A stretch of DNA of 64,000 bases from Methanomassiliicoccales archaeon. GTDB lineage: Archaea > Thermoplasmatota > Thermoplasmata > Methanomassiliicoccales > UBA472. Below, piece after piece: positions 36,085 to 46,066 of the stretch. Positions within the stretch are counted from its first letter, which is position 1; each line of letters opens with the position of its first letter. The stretch lies in NCBI GenBank assembly GCA_035527755.1, contig DATKZX010000002.1, forward strand, positions 93,277 through 157,276. Direction: 5' to 3'. Below the pieces are notes generated by a model, which did not search any database, was not told the DNA's origin, and saw only the letters and a program-made list of their open reading frames with translations. The position numbers and the translations under genes were made by a program.

Positions 36085-36701
36085 CCGCGGTGAAGATATG
36101 CGGCATGCGTACCTTCGCCGATCTGGAGACCTGTCGCCAGGCGGACTACCTGGGTTTTGTGGTCCTTTCCGATTCGCCTAGGAACCTGGAACTGAGCACA
36201 GCTCAGGAGCTTATGTCCTGCTGCGGCAACCTCCGGGTGGCGGTGACCACTGAGCGGAGGCCGAGGGAGCTTGAAAATATGGTGATGGACCTTGAACCGG
36301 ACGTGCTACAGTTGCATTCCCCCCTGGACCGGAAGCTGTTGGCTTCGTTGAGCGGCATGGGGGTGCACCTGTGGGGCATGTTGCCAGCAACAACGGACGT
36401 CATCATCGACGCCGGATGCTTGCATGAATGTCAGGCCTTGGTCCTGGATACGCCAAGCGAGAGGCTAGGTGGGAGCGGCAAGGTCCACGATTGGGACCTC
36501 AGCCGAAGAATTAACCGTATGATCAGGCCGCTACCGCTGGTACTGGCCGGGGGGCTTCGCCCGGATAATGTCCCGGAGGCGATAGCCAAAGTGGTCCCTT
36601 TCGCCGTGGACGTTTCCAGCGGTGTCGAGGAAGACGGGATCAAGGACCGACGGAAGGTCGATGAGTTCATAACGAACGTGAAAAGAGTTGATGGATCATG
36701 A
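36081..36701 (+). CDS. trpF: phosphoribosylanthranilate isomerase
   Basis: [26 protein letters not shown] and VDVSSGVE motifs. ATGA overlap. Confidence 0.9.
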   Translation: MTAVKICGMRTFADLETCRQADYLGFVVLSDSPRNLELSTAQELMSCCGNLRVAVTTERRPRELENMVMDLEPDVLQLHSPLDRKLLASLSGMGVHLWGMLPATTDVIIDAGCLHECQALVLDTPSERLGGSGKVHDWDLSRRINRMIRPLPLVLAGGLRPDNVPEAIAKVVPFAVDVSSGVEEDGIKDRRKVDEFITNVKRVDGS

Positions 36702-37870
36702 ATTCAAGGTTCGGTGTGTATGGGGGGCAATACGTGCCTGAAGTACTGGTACCCGCGCTCCAGGAACTGGAGAGAGAGTACCTGGTGGCTCGGAAGGACC
36801 CAGTGTTCCTAAATGAGCTGGAGAGCTACAACCGTCACTACGGTGGAAGGGAGACCCCTCTTTATTTCGCCCGGCGATTGACGGAACGTTGCGGCGGCGC
36901 GAAGATATACCTGAAACGGGAGGACCTTTGCCATGGTGGAGCCCACAAGTTCAACAACGTCATGGGCCAGGCACTCCTGGCCCGCCGCATGGGCAAGAAA
37001 AGACTGATCGCCGAGACCGGGGCTGGTCAACATGGCACGGCCACTGCCATGGCCGCGGCGGTACTTGGATTGAAGGCGGAGATCTACATGGGAGAGATAG
37101 ACGTTGCTAGACAGCGCATGAACGTCTTCCGCATGAAACTGATGGGGGCGAAGGTTCACGAAGTGAGGTCCGGCTCCAAACTGCTCAAGGACGCCATTAA
37201 CGAAGCTTTACGCGATTGGTCCGGGAGCGTGGAGCATACCTATTATCTTCTAGGCACCGCCGCCGGTCCGCATCCCTATCCCACCATGGTGCGGGACTTC
37301 CAGAGCGTCATCGGCCGGGAGATACGCCAGCAGCTTCAGGAGGCCGAGGGTTGCCTGCCAGACCTGCTGGTTGCCTGCGTGGGCGGGGGAAGCAACGCCA
37401 TCGGGACCTTCCACCCGTTCATAGAGGACCCCGGGGTCAGACTGCTCGGCGCGGAGGCGGCCGGGGAAGGGCTGGAGACCGGGCATCATTCCGCCTCCTT
37501 GTCCATAGGGGAGGTCGGGGTTCTGCAGGGATGCAAATCGTATCTGCTTCAGGACGAGCATGGCATGATCCAGGAGGCGCACAGCATCGCCCCGGGACTG
37601 GACTATCCAGGCGTCGGTCCAGAACATAGTTTCCTGAAGGACCTGAAACGCGCCGAATACGTGGGCGTCACCGACAAGGAGGCCTTGGAGTCCTTTATCA
37701 CCTTGTCCCAGGTGGAAGGGATCATTCCCGCCCTGGAGAGCGCGCATGCCGTCTCCGCCGGAATGAACGAGGCGTCGTCCATGTCCAAGGACCAGGTGGT
37801 GGTCATAACCATCTCCGGCCGGGGGGACAAGGACCTGGAGACGGTGTTCGACATGGGGGTGGTCGAGTGA
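36698..37870 (+). CDS. trpB: tryptophan synthase beta chain
   Basis: [25 protein letters not shown] and GGGSNAIG motifs. Confidence 0.95.
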   Translation: MNSRFGVYGGQYVPEVLVPALQELEREYLVARKDPVFLNELESYNRHYGGRETPLYFARRLTERCGGAKIYLKREDLCHGGAHKFNNVMGQALLARRMGKKRLIAETGAGQHGTATAMAAAVLGLKAEIYMGEIDVARQRMNVFRMKLMGAKVHEVRSGSKLLKDAINEALRDWSGSVEHTYYLLGTAAGPHPYPTMVRDFQSVIGREIRQQLQEAEGCLPDLLVACVGGGSNAIGTFHPFIEDPGVRLLGAEAAGEGLETGHHSASLSIGEVGVLQGCKSYLLQDEHGMIQEAHSIAPGLDYPGVGPEHSFLKDLKRAEYVGVTDKEALESFITLSQVEGIIPALESAHAVSAGMNEASSMSKDQVVVITISGRGDKDLETVFDMGVVE

Positions 37871-38676
37871 GCCGTTTGCAAAAGACATTCGTCGACGCCC
37901 GTGCGGAGGGGCGCACCGCCTTGATATGCTATCTGATGGCCGGGGTGCCCTCGCCAGAGGATTTCGTGAAAATGGCCGTGGCCTGCCTGGAGGGCGGGGC
38001 GGACGTTCTGGAGATAGGCGTGCCTTTCTCCGATCCGTTGGCCGACGGTCCGGTCATTCAGCTGGCGGCAGTACGCGCCCTGGAGAACAAGGTGACCCCC
38101 CCGATGGTCATGGACATGGTACGTGAACTGAGGAGTAGGACCGATCGACCCATTGTGCTCATGGGCTATTACAACCCCATCTTCCGCATGGGGGAGGAGC
38201 GGTTCGTGGATGCTTGCCGGAGCGCCGGAGCGGACGGCCTGATCGTGCCGGACCTGCCGTTGCACGAGAGCGCCTCCCTGCGCCAAACCTGTCAGGAAAA
38301 AGGATTGGACCTTATTCAGTTGACCACCCCGTTGACGCCGGACGACCGGAACAGTGAACTGGTGCATGCCACCTCGGGTTTTCTGTATCTGGTCACACGC
38401 ACTGGCGTTACCGGAGGAGGATCGGTCATGACGGAAGACCTTCGGAAAATGATAAGCCGGACGCGCTCCGTCGACCTCCACGTCCCCTTGGCCGCCGGAT
38501 TCGGCATATCTAGACCGGAACAGGTTCGGGCGGCGAGGGACATGGGAGCGGACGGCGTCATAGTCGGCAGCGCTCTTGTCTCCCTGACGCTCAATGGCTC
38601 CTCCGCGGATGATCTTAAGGACACCGTCCGCCGTCTAGCATCGGCCTGCGATGCGGAGCGCCCGCGGATTCAATAA
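37867..38676 (+). CDS. trpA: tryptophan synthase alpha chain
   Basis: [33 protein letters not shown] and GFGIS motifs. GTGA overlap with trpB. Confidence 0.92.
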   Translation: MSRLQKTFVDARAEGRTALICYLMAGVPSPEDFVKMAVACLEGGADVLEIGVPFSDPLADGPVIQLAAVRALENKVTPPMVMDMVRELRSRTDRPIVLMGYYNPIFRMGEERFVDACRSAGADGLIVPDLPLHESASLRQTCQEKGLDLIQLTTPLTPDDRNSELVHATSGFLYLVTRTGVTGGGSVMTEDLRKMISRTRSVDLHVPLAAGFGISRPEQVRAARDMGADGVIVGSALVSLTLNGSSADDLKDTVRRLASACDAERPRIQ

Positions 38677-38760
38677 TTATTTATTTAAGATAGGGGATTT
38701 CGTGTTACTAAAATAAAATTCTTAACACCTAAACCCCATATTGAATTTGAGGAGACGATA

Positions 38761-39426
38761 ATGCATATTCCTGACGGTCTGATGGATCCCATGGTGATCA
38801 TCATGGGCTGGGCCTTGGCCCTGCCGGTCATAGCTTTGGCCATATACAAACTTAATAGAAGCGTTGACGAGCGCATGGTGCCCTTCATGGCCATATTGGC
38901 GGCGGGAATATTCGTGGCCCAGATGCTGAACTTCCCGATCGGCGGCGGGACCACCGGTCATCTGATCGGCGCCGCCCTCGCCGTGGTGCTGCTGGGATTG
39001 TACGGAGGAATTCTGGTAATGACCACCATCCTGGTCATACAATGTCTTATCTTCGGGGACGGGGGGCTGACCGCACTGGGACTCAATCTTCTCAACATGG
39101 CGGTGGTGGCACCACTGGTAGCTTACGGAGGCCTACGCCTGCTGAAAAGGGGAACGACCGAAAAAGGACTGACCGTGCCATTGGCCGCTTGGACCTCGGT
39201 CTTCGTCACCGCCCTGTTCTGCGGAGTGCAGATGGGGTTGAGCTATACACTATCCGGAGGGGCGTTCGGCATCGACTGGATCATATCCCTACCGGCCATG
39301 GGCATCTATCACGCCTTCATCGCCATCGGTGAGGCCATCATCACCACGGGAGTGGTGCTCTTCCTGAGCAAGGTGGCCCCGGAGACCCTGGAGTTCGGTA
39401 TGCATCCCCAGGAGGTGTCTGCATGA
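38761..39426 (+). CDS. cbiM: cobalt/nickel ECF transporter substrate-capture subunit CbiM
   Basis: The N-terminus MHIPDGLMD is the metal-binding N-terminal motif. Also GGGTTGHLIGA. GAGGAG Shine-Dalgarno upstream. Confidence 0.9.
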   Translation: MHIPDGLMDPMVIIMGWALALPVIALAIYKLNRSVDERMVPFMAILAAGIFVAQMLNFPIGGGTTGHLIGAALAVVLLGLYGGILVMTTILVIQCLIFGDGGLTALGLNLLNMAVVAPLVAYGGLRLLKRGTTEKGLTVPLAAWTSVFVTALFCGVQMGLSYTLSGGAFGIDWIISLPAMGIYHAFIAIGEAIITTGVVLFLSKVAPETLEFGMHPQEVSA

Positions 39427-39701
39427 AAGGTCGATACGTGAAGGCCTCGGTGGTCATCCTGGCGATATTCGCTATCGGACTGGTCGGCTTTTTCGCCCTT
39501 TCCGCCGCCTTCCCAGACGGTCTGGAGAAGATAATGGAGGAGAATGGAGTGGATGAGGGCGATCAGGTCTACACCGCCCCCCTGAGCTACGGCGACGACT
39601 ACGGCGGTGCTTTGATGGCCGGGATAATCGGCTTCGGTATCACCTTCGGTTTGGTATTCCTTTATCTTAAAGGTATGAAGGCCCGTGAGAAGCCGCAATA
39701 G
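39423..39701 (+). CDS. PDGLE-domain membrane protein occupying the CbiN position
   Basis: 92 aa with two TM helices flanking a literal FPDGLEK motif. ATGA overlap with cbiM. Confidence 0.7.
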   Translation: MKGRYVKASVVILAIFAIGLVGFFALSAAFPDGLEKIMEENGVDEGDQVYTAPLSYGDDYGGALMAGIIGFGITFGLVFLYLKGMKAREKPQ

Positions 39702-39745
39702 GACATTTCCTCCTATACCCCCTCTCGAGGCCTCGAACAGGAAAG

Positions 39746-40480
39746 TTGAACATGGAACAGCACGTGGACAGGTTCGCCGGGGATTCCTGGTTGTCAAGTT
39801 TCGACCCCCGAGTCAAAATGCTCTGCGTGTTCGCGTTGGCGGTGCTTGTGGCCACCCTCACCCAGGTCGGGGCCCTCCTTCCGGTCCTCCTGTTCGCTCT
39901 CGGCCTGGTGATGGTGTCACGCATCCCGTTCCTTCATCTGGCCAAAGGATATGCCTTGGCCTTCCCCTTCGTCCTCTTCGCCTCCTTGACGATGCTGTTC
40001 ACTTCCGGAGGGGAGAACGCCCTGGCCATGGGACTGAGGGTGTCGACCTCGGTATTGCTCTTACTGGTGATGGTGTCGTCCACCCCCTTCATGGACGTGC
40101 TGTGGACCCTGCGATGGTTCAGAATGCCGATGATACTCAGCAACATGATCATGTTCACCTATCGATTCATATTCGTCATGCTGGACGAATCGGAACGCAT
40201 GCGCCTGGCCCGCAGGTCCCGAGGGTTCAAGGGAGGAAGGTCCCTTCTTGATCGGGAGGCGTTCAAGGTATTGTCGAACACCATCGGCATGCTGTTCCTT
40301 CGCTCGTACCGTCGGGCCAGTCGGGTCTACGTGGCACTGCTCTCACGCGGGTACGATGGGACCATCAGGGGGGTCACCTCCTTCAGATTGAGGGGCAGGG
40401 ACGCGGCCTTCAGCCTGGCGTTCGTTATAATAGGCACTTTGACATTATCCAGGCAGATGGGGTGGTACCTCTGGCCGTGA
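39746..40480 (+). CDS. cbiQ: ECF transporter transmembrane (T) component CbiQ
   Basis: Contains the D.R.K......L and ARRSRG coupling-helix motif (LARRSRGF). Operon position supports the call. Confidence 0.85.
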   Translation: MNMEQHVDRFAGDSWLSSFDPRVKMLCVFALAVLVATLTQVGALLPVLLFALGLVMVSRIPFLHLAKGYALAFPFVLFASLTMLFTSGGENALAMGLRVSTSVLLLLVMVSSTPFMDVLWTLRWFRMPMILSNMIMFTYRFIFVMLDESERMRLARRSRGFKGGRSLLDREAFKVLSNTIGMLFLRSYRRASRVYVALLSRGYDGTIRGVTSFRLRGRDAAFSLAFVIIGTLTLSRQMGWYLWP

Positions 40481-41283
40481 TCTCCCTCAAGAACGTTCGT
40501 TTCGAATATCCCGGGCGACACCTCGCCCTCGATGATGTGAGCCTGGAAGTGGCGGAAGGAGAGCGCGTGGCCTTGATCGGCCCCAACGGGGCCGGGAAGA
40601 GCACCCTGCTGCACCTCATGGCCGCCCTGGACTTCCCTCAGGCCGGGGAGGTCATCGTGGCCGGAAGGAAAGTGGAGCGCAAAGGGGCGGCGGAGACCAG
40701 GAAGCAGGTGGGATTCCTGTTCCAGGACCCGGACGACCAGGTGTTCATGCCTAGCGTCTGGGAGGACGTGGCCTTCGGACCTTTGAACATGGGGCTTCCG
40801 GAAGAGGAGGTTCGCCACCGGGTGGAGAAGGCCTTGGAGGAAAGCGGTGCGTCCCATCTGTCAAAAAGAGTGCCGCAGAACCTCTCGCTGGGGGAGAAGA
40901 AGCGGGTGGCCGTTGCCGGACTCCTCTCCATGTCCCCACCGGTGCTGCTTCTGGACGAACCCACTGCGAACCTGGACCCTCAAGGTCGCCGGGACCTGTT
41001 GAACATCCTTTCCGGGCTGAAGCAGAGCATGGTCATCGCCACGCACGATCTGGCGTTGGCGTTCGAGTTGGCCGACCGGGCGGTGGTGCTGAACAAGAAA
41101 GTGCTCTTCGACGGCAGCATTCACGAACTGGTGAAGATGCCGGAGGTTCTGAAGGAGGCGAACTTGGAACTGCCCAGCTTTTCCCGCCTGATGATGATGT
41201 ACCGTCAGCATGTGGGCGCTGATTTCGAGCCCCCTCTGACCGTTGAAGAGGCCTTCGAACTTCTGAAGGATCACAGGTCGTGA
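40477..41283 (+). CDS. cbiO: ECF transporter ATPase CbiO
   Basis: GPNGAGKSTL, LSLGEKKRV and LLLDEPTANLD motifs. GTG 40477 forms a GTGA overlap with the cbiQ stop. GTG 40462 is the alternative start. Confidence 0.88.
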   Translation: MISLKNVRFEYPGRHLALDDVSLEVAEGERVALIGPNGAGKSTLLHLMAALDFPQAGEVIVAGRKVERKGAAETRKQVGFLFQDPDDQVFMPSVWEDVAFGPLNMGLPEEEVRHRVEKALEESGASHLSKRVPQNLSLGEKKRVAVAGLLSMSPPVLLLDEPTANLDPQGRRDLLNILSGLKQSMVIATHDLALAFELADRAVVLNKKVLFDGSIHELVKMPEVLKEANLELPSFSRLMMMYRQHVGADFEPPLTVEEAFELLKDHRS

Positions 41284-42050
41284 AGCAGTTCCTTCAGCAA
41301 CTGCTCCGGGGTGGTCTTCGTGGGGACCATGTCCACCTTCACCCCGTGCTCCTCCAGCCGCTTCCTTGTCTCAGGACCCATGGCTGCCACCGTCACCCCT
41401 TCGAGCATCAATGGCAGTTCCTCCACATCGCAGCGTTCGATCAACTGTAGAAGGAACGCTTGCACGTGGGCAGGGGTGGGGAACACAAGTACGTCGACCT
41501 TTCCTTCCTCCAGACGGTCCAGCAGGGAGATCATCATCTCCGATTCATCCAGCAGCAGGGAGTAAACCTTGACCTCCACCACCTTCCAGCCGGCATCCTC
41601 GAGACCTTTGATCAATTGGGGGGACCCCTGGTCCGAACGCAATATTGCCACCGTTCCCCGGCGCTCCTTTCGGTTGAGATGACCGACCAGCGAATCGGTG
41701 GTGGCCTCAGGGGCTTCGGACGACACCGTCAGGCCGTGTTGTTCGGCGCGACCGGTGGTCCTTTCACCAATGGTTACCAGCTCCGTTCTCCTGGTGGCAT
41801 CCTGCAGACGCTCCAGCATATTACGGTCGCGGGCCATGACCACCGCGGCCTCGATGGCCGTCGGGCATGTTGCCACCAGCACATCGTACCTCCCGGAGAA
41901 CAGGTCGACCAGGAACAGCGAGAAATCGACGTCGTCCATGGGGACCGCCCGTACCGGTGAGACACATATGAAATCCGCCAAATGGCGATGCTCCCGGCAC
42001 AACGGTGTCCAACGCTCCGGCGGCCCCATTATGGCGACGACCTTCTTCAT
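41271..42050 (-). CDS. hemD: uroporphyrinogen-III synthase (HemD family)
   Basis: Two-domain pattern: YDVLVATCPTAI.., LVTIGERT..A..HG.., VAILRSDQGSPQLIKGLEDAGWKVVEVKVY, VDVLVFPTPAHVQAF, VAAMGPETRKRLEEHG. This is pattern recognition only. Confidence 0.65.
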   Translation of the reverse strand: MKKVVAIMGPPERWTPLCREHRHLADFICVSPVRAVPMDDVDFSLFLVDLFSGRYDVLVATCPTAIEAAVVMARDRNMLERLQDATRRTELVTIGERTTGRAEQHGLTVSSEAPEATTDSLVGHLNRKERRGTVAILRSDQGSPQLIKGLEDAGWKVVEVKVYSLLLDESEMMISLLDRLEEGKVDVLVFPTPAHVQAFLLQLIERCDVEELPLMLEGVTVAAMGPETRKRLEEHGVKVDMVPTKTTPEQLLKELLHDL

Positions 42051-42194
42051 GCCCCGGGGATGAGCGCTCCGGATTAATTACTTTCTCGACCCCCCACCAT
42101 AGGGCGTCCATCGCCCGTGACATGATGGGAAGGGGGGCTGCCCGGAACGCGCTGGACCGATGTCGTTTTATCGTCCCAGGAGGATATGGTCATC

Positions 42195-42620
42195 ATGCCT
42201 ATCGGCGATCCCATGGGAAGCAACGAACCATTGCTGGAGAAGGGACGATTGACCCGCGTATGGATGACGGCCGTTCCCGTCTCCAACATGGACGACGCGT
42301 TGGAGTTCTACATGGAGGCCTTGGGGCTGGAGCTTAGGTACCGGGACGGCGATTGGGCCGAACTGGGACCCAATGAACCATTGGGAAAGGTGGCGCTTTA
42401 TGTGCCGGGGAAGAACGATCTTCGTAAGCCGGGCGGACCGACCGGGATCGTCCTTTCCTGCGACAGCATGTACGACCTGCACCGTGAGCTGGTGGACGAG
42501 GGCGTCGTTTTCAAGATGAAACCGGAAAAACAACCCTGGGGCGGTCTGCTGGCCATCTTCTTGGACGAGGATGAGAACGAGCTAATGGTCATGGAGCACC
42601 CTGACCGCTACCGCGAGTGA
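42195..42620 (+). CDS. VOC (glyoxalase/bleomycin-resistance) family protein
   Basis: VSNMDDALEFYMEALGLEL..WGGLLAIFLDEDENELMVME. ATG 42195 has better Shine-Dalgarno spacing than 42186. Confidence 0.65.
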   Translation: MPIGDPMGSNEPLLEKGRLTRVWMTAVPVSNMDDALEFYMEALGLELRYRDGDWAELGPNEPLGKVALYVPGKNDLRKPGGPTGIVLSCDSMYDLHRELVDEGVVFKMKPEKQPWGGLLAIFLDEDENELMVMEHPDRYRE

Positions 42621-42673
42621 CGGCTCGATATCCTTAACTATTACGCCTAACAATCGCCAGGGAGAGTGGAAAA

Positions 42674-43438
42674 ATGCTGGAGATAGAAAACCTGACCGTC
42701 GAGGTTGGCGGCAAGGAGATCTTGCACGACCTGTCGCTTAACGTCATGACCGGTTACACCACCGTGCTGTTCGGGCCCAATGGCTCGGGGAAGTCGACCC
42801 TGCTCATGACCATCATGGGCTTTTCGGGCTACAACGTCAAGAGCGGACGCATACTGCTGAACGGAGAGGACATCACCCACATGCCGGTGAACGAGAGGGC
42901 CAAGAGAGGCATCGGCATGATGATGCAGCGCCCCCCGAACCTGATGGGGGTCAAATTGAAGGACCTGGTCCGCGTGACCGGGAAGGGCGACATCGACCCG
43001 GCGGTATTGGCCAAGGACCTCGACATGACCGCGTTCCTGGACAGGGACGTCAACATCGGTTTCTCCGGAGGGGAGATCAAGCGGTCCGAGATATTGCAAC
43101 TAGAGGCCCAGGACCCCTGCCTCCTCCTTCTGGATGAACCGGAGAGCGGCGTGGACCTGGTGTCCATAGAGAAATTGGGGGCGAAGGTCCACGATCTTCT
43201 ACAGGGTACCTCGCACTGCGCTGGTTGGAGGGAACGAAGCGGCAAGGCGGCGCTCATCATCACCCATACCGGGCAGATCCTGGAATATGTCGAAGCGGAC
43301 CGAGGCTACGTCATGTGCAATGGGACCGTGGCCTGTTCCGGCAACCCCCGTGAACTATTGACGGAGATTCGCAAGATGGGGTACAACGAATGCATCCGCT
43401 GCAAGATCAACCGTTCCAACATCAAGGAGAACTTCTGA
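42674..43438 (+). CDS. sufC: Fe-S cluster assembly ATPase SufC
   Basis: MLEIENLTVEVGGKEILHDLSL, GPNGSGKSTL, FSGGEIKRSEILQL and LLLDEPESGVD motifs. Confidence 0.88.
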   Translation: MLEIENLTVEVGGKEILHDLSLNVMTGYTTVLFGPNGSGKSTLLMTIMGFSGYNVKSGRILLNGEDITHMPVNERAKRGIGMMMQRPPNLMGVKLKDLVRVTGKGDIDPAVLAKDLDMTAFLDRDVNIGFSGGEIKRSEILQLEAQDPCLLLLDEPESGVDLVSIEKLGAKVHDLLQGTSHCAGWRERSGKAALIITHTGQILEYVEADRGYVMCNGTVACSGNPRELLTEIRKMGYNECIRCKINRSNIKENF

Positions 43439-43447
43439 GGGTTTCCC

Positions 43448-44665
43448 ATGGTTTCCAATGATGAGAAGAAGGCCAAGGACGCCCTGAAAAAGGCGGCAAA
43501 GTTCGGGGAGGACATCGACCTGGACGATTACCAGGAGGGAAGCAGGGAACTATCGGCCACCGGGTCGTTCGAGGAACTTTCGGATGACACCAAGGAGACC
43601 ATGATGGACGCGGGGATCGTGCCCACCGAAAAGGGCAAGGCCGGCAATTTCCTTCTGATGGACAACACCGTGGTACATTCGGCGATGATGGGTTCAGGCG
43701 TGGAACTGATGCCCCTGTCGCAGGCGCTCAAGGTCCACGATTGGCTGAAGGACTACATGTGGAAGGCGGTCATGCCGGACACCGACAAGTACACCGCGGA
43801 GACCTACCTCCAGAATGCGGACGGCTATTTCATCCGGGCGCTCCCGGGCGCCAAGATCAAAATGCCAGTGCAGACCTGCCTCCTATTAAAGAACCGCAAT
43901 TCCAAGCAGTACGTGCACAATGTGCTGATAGCCGAGGAGGGGTCCGAGATCGAGGTGGTCACCGGTTGCGCCACCTCCAAGGGGGTGGAGAAAGGGCTGC
44001 ACCTCGGCATTTCCGAGCTCTTCCTGAAGAAGAACTCCAAGCTGTCGTTCACCATGATACACAACTGGTCGGAGTTCATCGGTGTTCGTCCGCGCAGCGC
44101 TATCGTCATGGACGAAGGCGCCACCTACATCAACAATTACATCGCCTTGAAACCGGTGAAGACCATACAGACGTATCCGACGGCGTTCATGAACGGCAAG
44201 AACGGCGTGTGCCGCTTCAACTCCATCGCCGTGGCCCACCCTGGCAGCATGATGGACCTGGGCTCCAGAGCGGTTCTGAGCGCCCCTGGATGCCGGGCCG
44301 AACTGATCTCCAGGACCATTACCACAGGCGGTACGATCATCGCCCGCGGGCAATTGATCGGCAACTCACCAGGGATCAAGGCGCATCTGGAGTGCAAGGG
44401 ATTGATACTCAGCGATAAGGGGGTTCAGATCGCCATTCCCGAACTGGAGGCGCGCTTCCCTGACGTGGAGATGACCCATGAGGCCGCCGTGGGCAAGATC
44501 GCACAGGACCAGGTGGAATACCTAATGTCCAGGGGACTGAGCGAGGAGGAGGCCGTTGGCATGATAGTGCGCGGCTTCCTGGACGTGGGCATCCGTGGCA
44601 TTCCTGACCATCTCAAAGCGGAGATAGATAAGGCCTTACGGGAAACGGACGTCCGGGGGTCCTGA
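43448..44665 (+). CDS. sufB: Fe-S cluster assembly scaffold protein of the SufB/SufD family
   Basis: 405 aa with a beta-helix repeat region. The C-terminal EAAVGKIAQDQVEYLMSRGLSEEEA is typical of SufB. Confidence 0.8.
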   Translation: MVSNDEKKAKDALKKAAKFGEDIDLDDYQEGSRELSATGSFEELSDDTKETMMDAGIVPTEKGKAGNFLLMDNTVVHSAMMGSGVELMPLSQALKVHDWLKDYMWKAVMPDTDKYTAETYLQNADGYFIRALPGAKIKMPVQTCLLLKNRNSKQYVHNVLIAEEGSEIEVVTGCATSKGVEKGLHLGISELFLKKNSKLSFTMIHNWSEFIGVRPRSAIVMDEGATYINNYIALKPVKTIQTYPTAFMNGKNGVCRFNSIAVAHPGSMMDLGSRAVLSAPGCRAELISRTITTGGTIIARGQLIGNSPGIKAHLECKGLILSDKGVQIAIPELEARFPDVEMTHEAAVGKIAQDQVEYLMSRGLSEEEAVGMIVRGFLDVGIRGIPDHLKAEIDKALRETDVRGS

Positions 44666-44773
44666 GCCTCGGCGATCATTTTTTTATTTTGATCCCTCAA
44701 ACCATCTGGCAAAAGATTTAACATACTTAAGTGTCATTCGGGCCTGGGGGAGTTTATTATTCTTAAAGGTCAG

Positions 44774-45232
44774 ATGGAGATAGAAGGGGCGGTGCATGAT
44801 GCTATTGCAAAAATGCGAAGCATCGATAGTGAGGAGATCGCTGTTTTCCTGATCGATCCAGTGGTGCTCTATATTTTGGCGGCCACGTCGAAACGCTGCC
44901 TCACCGTATCTGAGATGTCACCGGTGGTCAATCTGCCGGTGGCGACCTGCTACAAACTTGTCTATCAGATGGAGAGCATGGGGCTCATCGCTTGCTGCGG
45001 AGCCTCCCGCACCTCTGGCAGGGGAAAGGCCTCGATCTACACCTCCGTATTGAAGGAGATGAGCCTGGACATGAAGAACAGCATGATCAACGTCGTGGTC
45101 ACCTGGAAGAACGGCCAGACCGCTGAATATCACCGGGACCTGATAGTGCAGACGATCTGTCAACACCCGGTCGATCGCCCCATGAAGGCTGAGATGGACC
45201 GGGAAGCGGTCCCTGTTTCAGCGTCCAACTAG
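44774..45232 (+). CDS. small winged-helix transcriptional regulator, paralog of 20521..20877
   Basis: VLYILAATSKRCLTVSEMSPVVNLPVATCYKLVYQMESMGLIAC aligns with the 20521 protein (IL.AT, P.A.CY, GLI.C). Confidence 0.65.
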   Translation: MEIEGAVHDAIAKMRSIDSEEIAVFLIDPVVLYILAATSKRCLTVSEMSPVVNLPVATCYKLVYQMESMGLIACCGASRTSGRGKASIYTSVLKEMSLDMKNSMINVVVTWKNGQTAEYHRDLIVQTICQHPVDRPMKAEMDREAVPVSASN

Positions 45233-45268
45233 TAAGGTTGATTACCCGCATGGACGTTATGGGTAGCC

Positions 45269-46066
45269 ATGCGAGTGGTGAAAAGGTCCGGGGAGATCGA
45301 AGATTACGATCCTCGTAAGGCCATCAACGCCATATTGAGAGTGGGGATCTCCCGGGATGACGCGGAAAGCATCCTAGAGTCCCTAAAACCATACCTGTAC
45401 GACGGCATGACCACCGAGGAGCTCTACCGGCGCATAAGAGCACTTCTCCCCTCCTGCCAAGCGATGAAGTACTCGCTAAAGAAGGCCATAATGCTCATGG
45501 GACCGGACGGTCACGCCTTCGAAACGCTCATGGGCCGGGTGTTCCGCGAACTTGGCTATCAGGTCGAACTGCGACAGATCCTTAAAGGCCGCTGCGTCAC
45601 TCACGAGGTGGACGTGGTCATCCTCAAGGATGGTATCAAGGGCACCGTGGAGTGCAAGTTCCACAACTCTCTGGGGATCAAGTCCAGCATACAGGAGGCC
45701 CTGTACACCTGGGGACGTTTCCAGGACCTCAAGGACATCAATGGGGTCACCGTCCCCTGGCTGGTGACCAACACCAAGTTCTCCTCCGACGTGGTCCGCT
45801 ACGCCAAGTGCGTAGGCATGAACCTCATCGGTTGGAACTATCCCGATGACAATGGACTGGAGAAGCTGGTGCAGAAGGTCGAGATCTATCCGATAACCAT
45901 CCTGGACATCAAGAGAATGGAGCAGCGGGCATTGCTCGATCACCATTTTGTCATATGCCAAGATATCCTGGAGAGGAGGTCTGAGCTGTTATCGATCCTA
46001 TCCCGGGAGGCGGGGGAGCGCATCATCAGGAAGGCGGAAGATTTCCGGGAGTGCGCGAAAAGATGA
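45269..46066 (+). CDS. ATP-cone domain fused to a restriction-endonuclease-like (Mrr-type) domain
   Basis: N-terminus MRVVKRSGEIEDYDPRKAINAIL..TTEELYRRI is an ATP-cone. The middle, GHAFETLMGRVFRELGYQVE..THEVDVVILKDG..VECKFHN, has an Mrr-like D..E.K core. Confidence 0.7.
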   Translation: MRVVKRSGEIEDYDPRKAINAILRVGISRDDAESILESLKPYLYDGMTTEELYRRIRALLPSCQAMKYSLKKAIMLMGPDGHAFETLMGRVFRELGYQVELRQILKGRCVTHEVDVVILKDGIKGTVECKFHNSLGIKSSIQEALYTWGRFQDLKDINGVTVPWLVTNTKFSSDVVRYAKCVGMNLIGWNYPDDNGLEKLVQKVEIYPITILDIKRMEQRALLDHHFVICQDILERRSELLSILSREAGERIIRKAEDFRECAKR

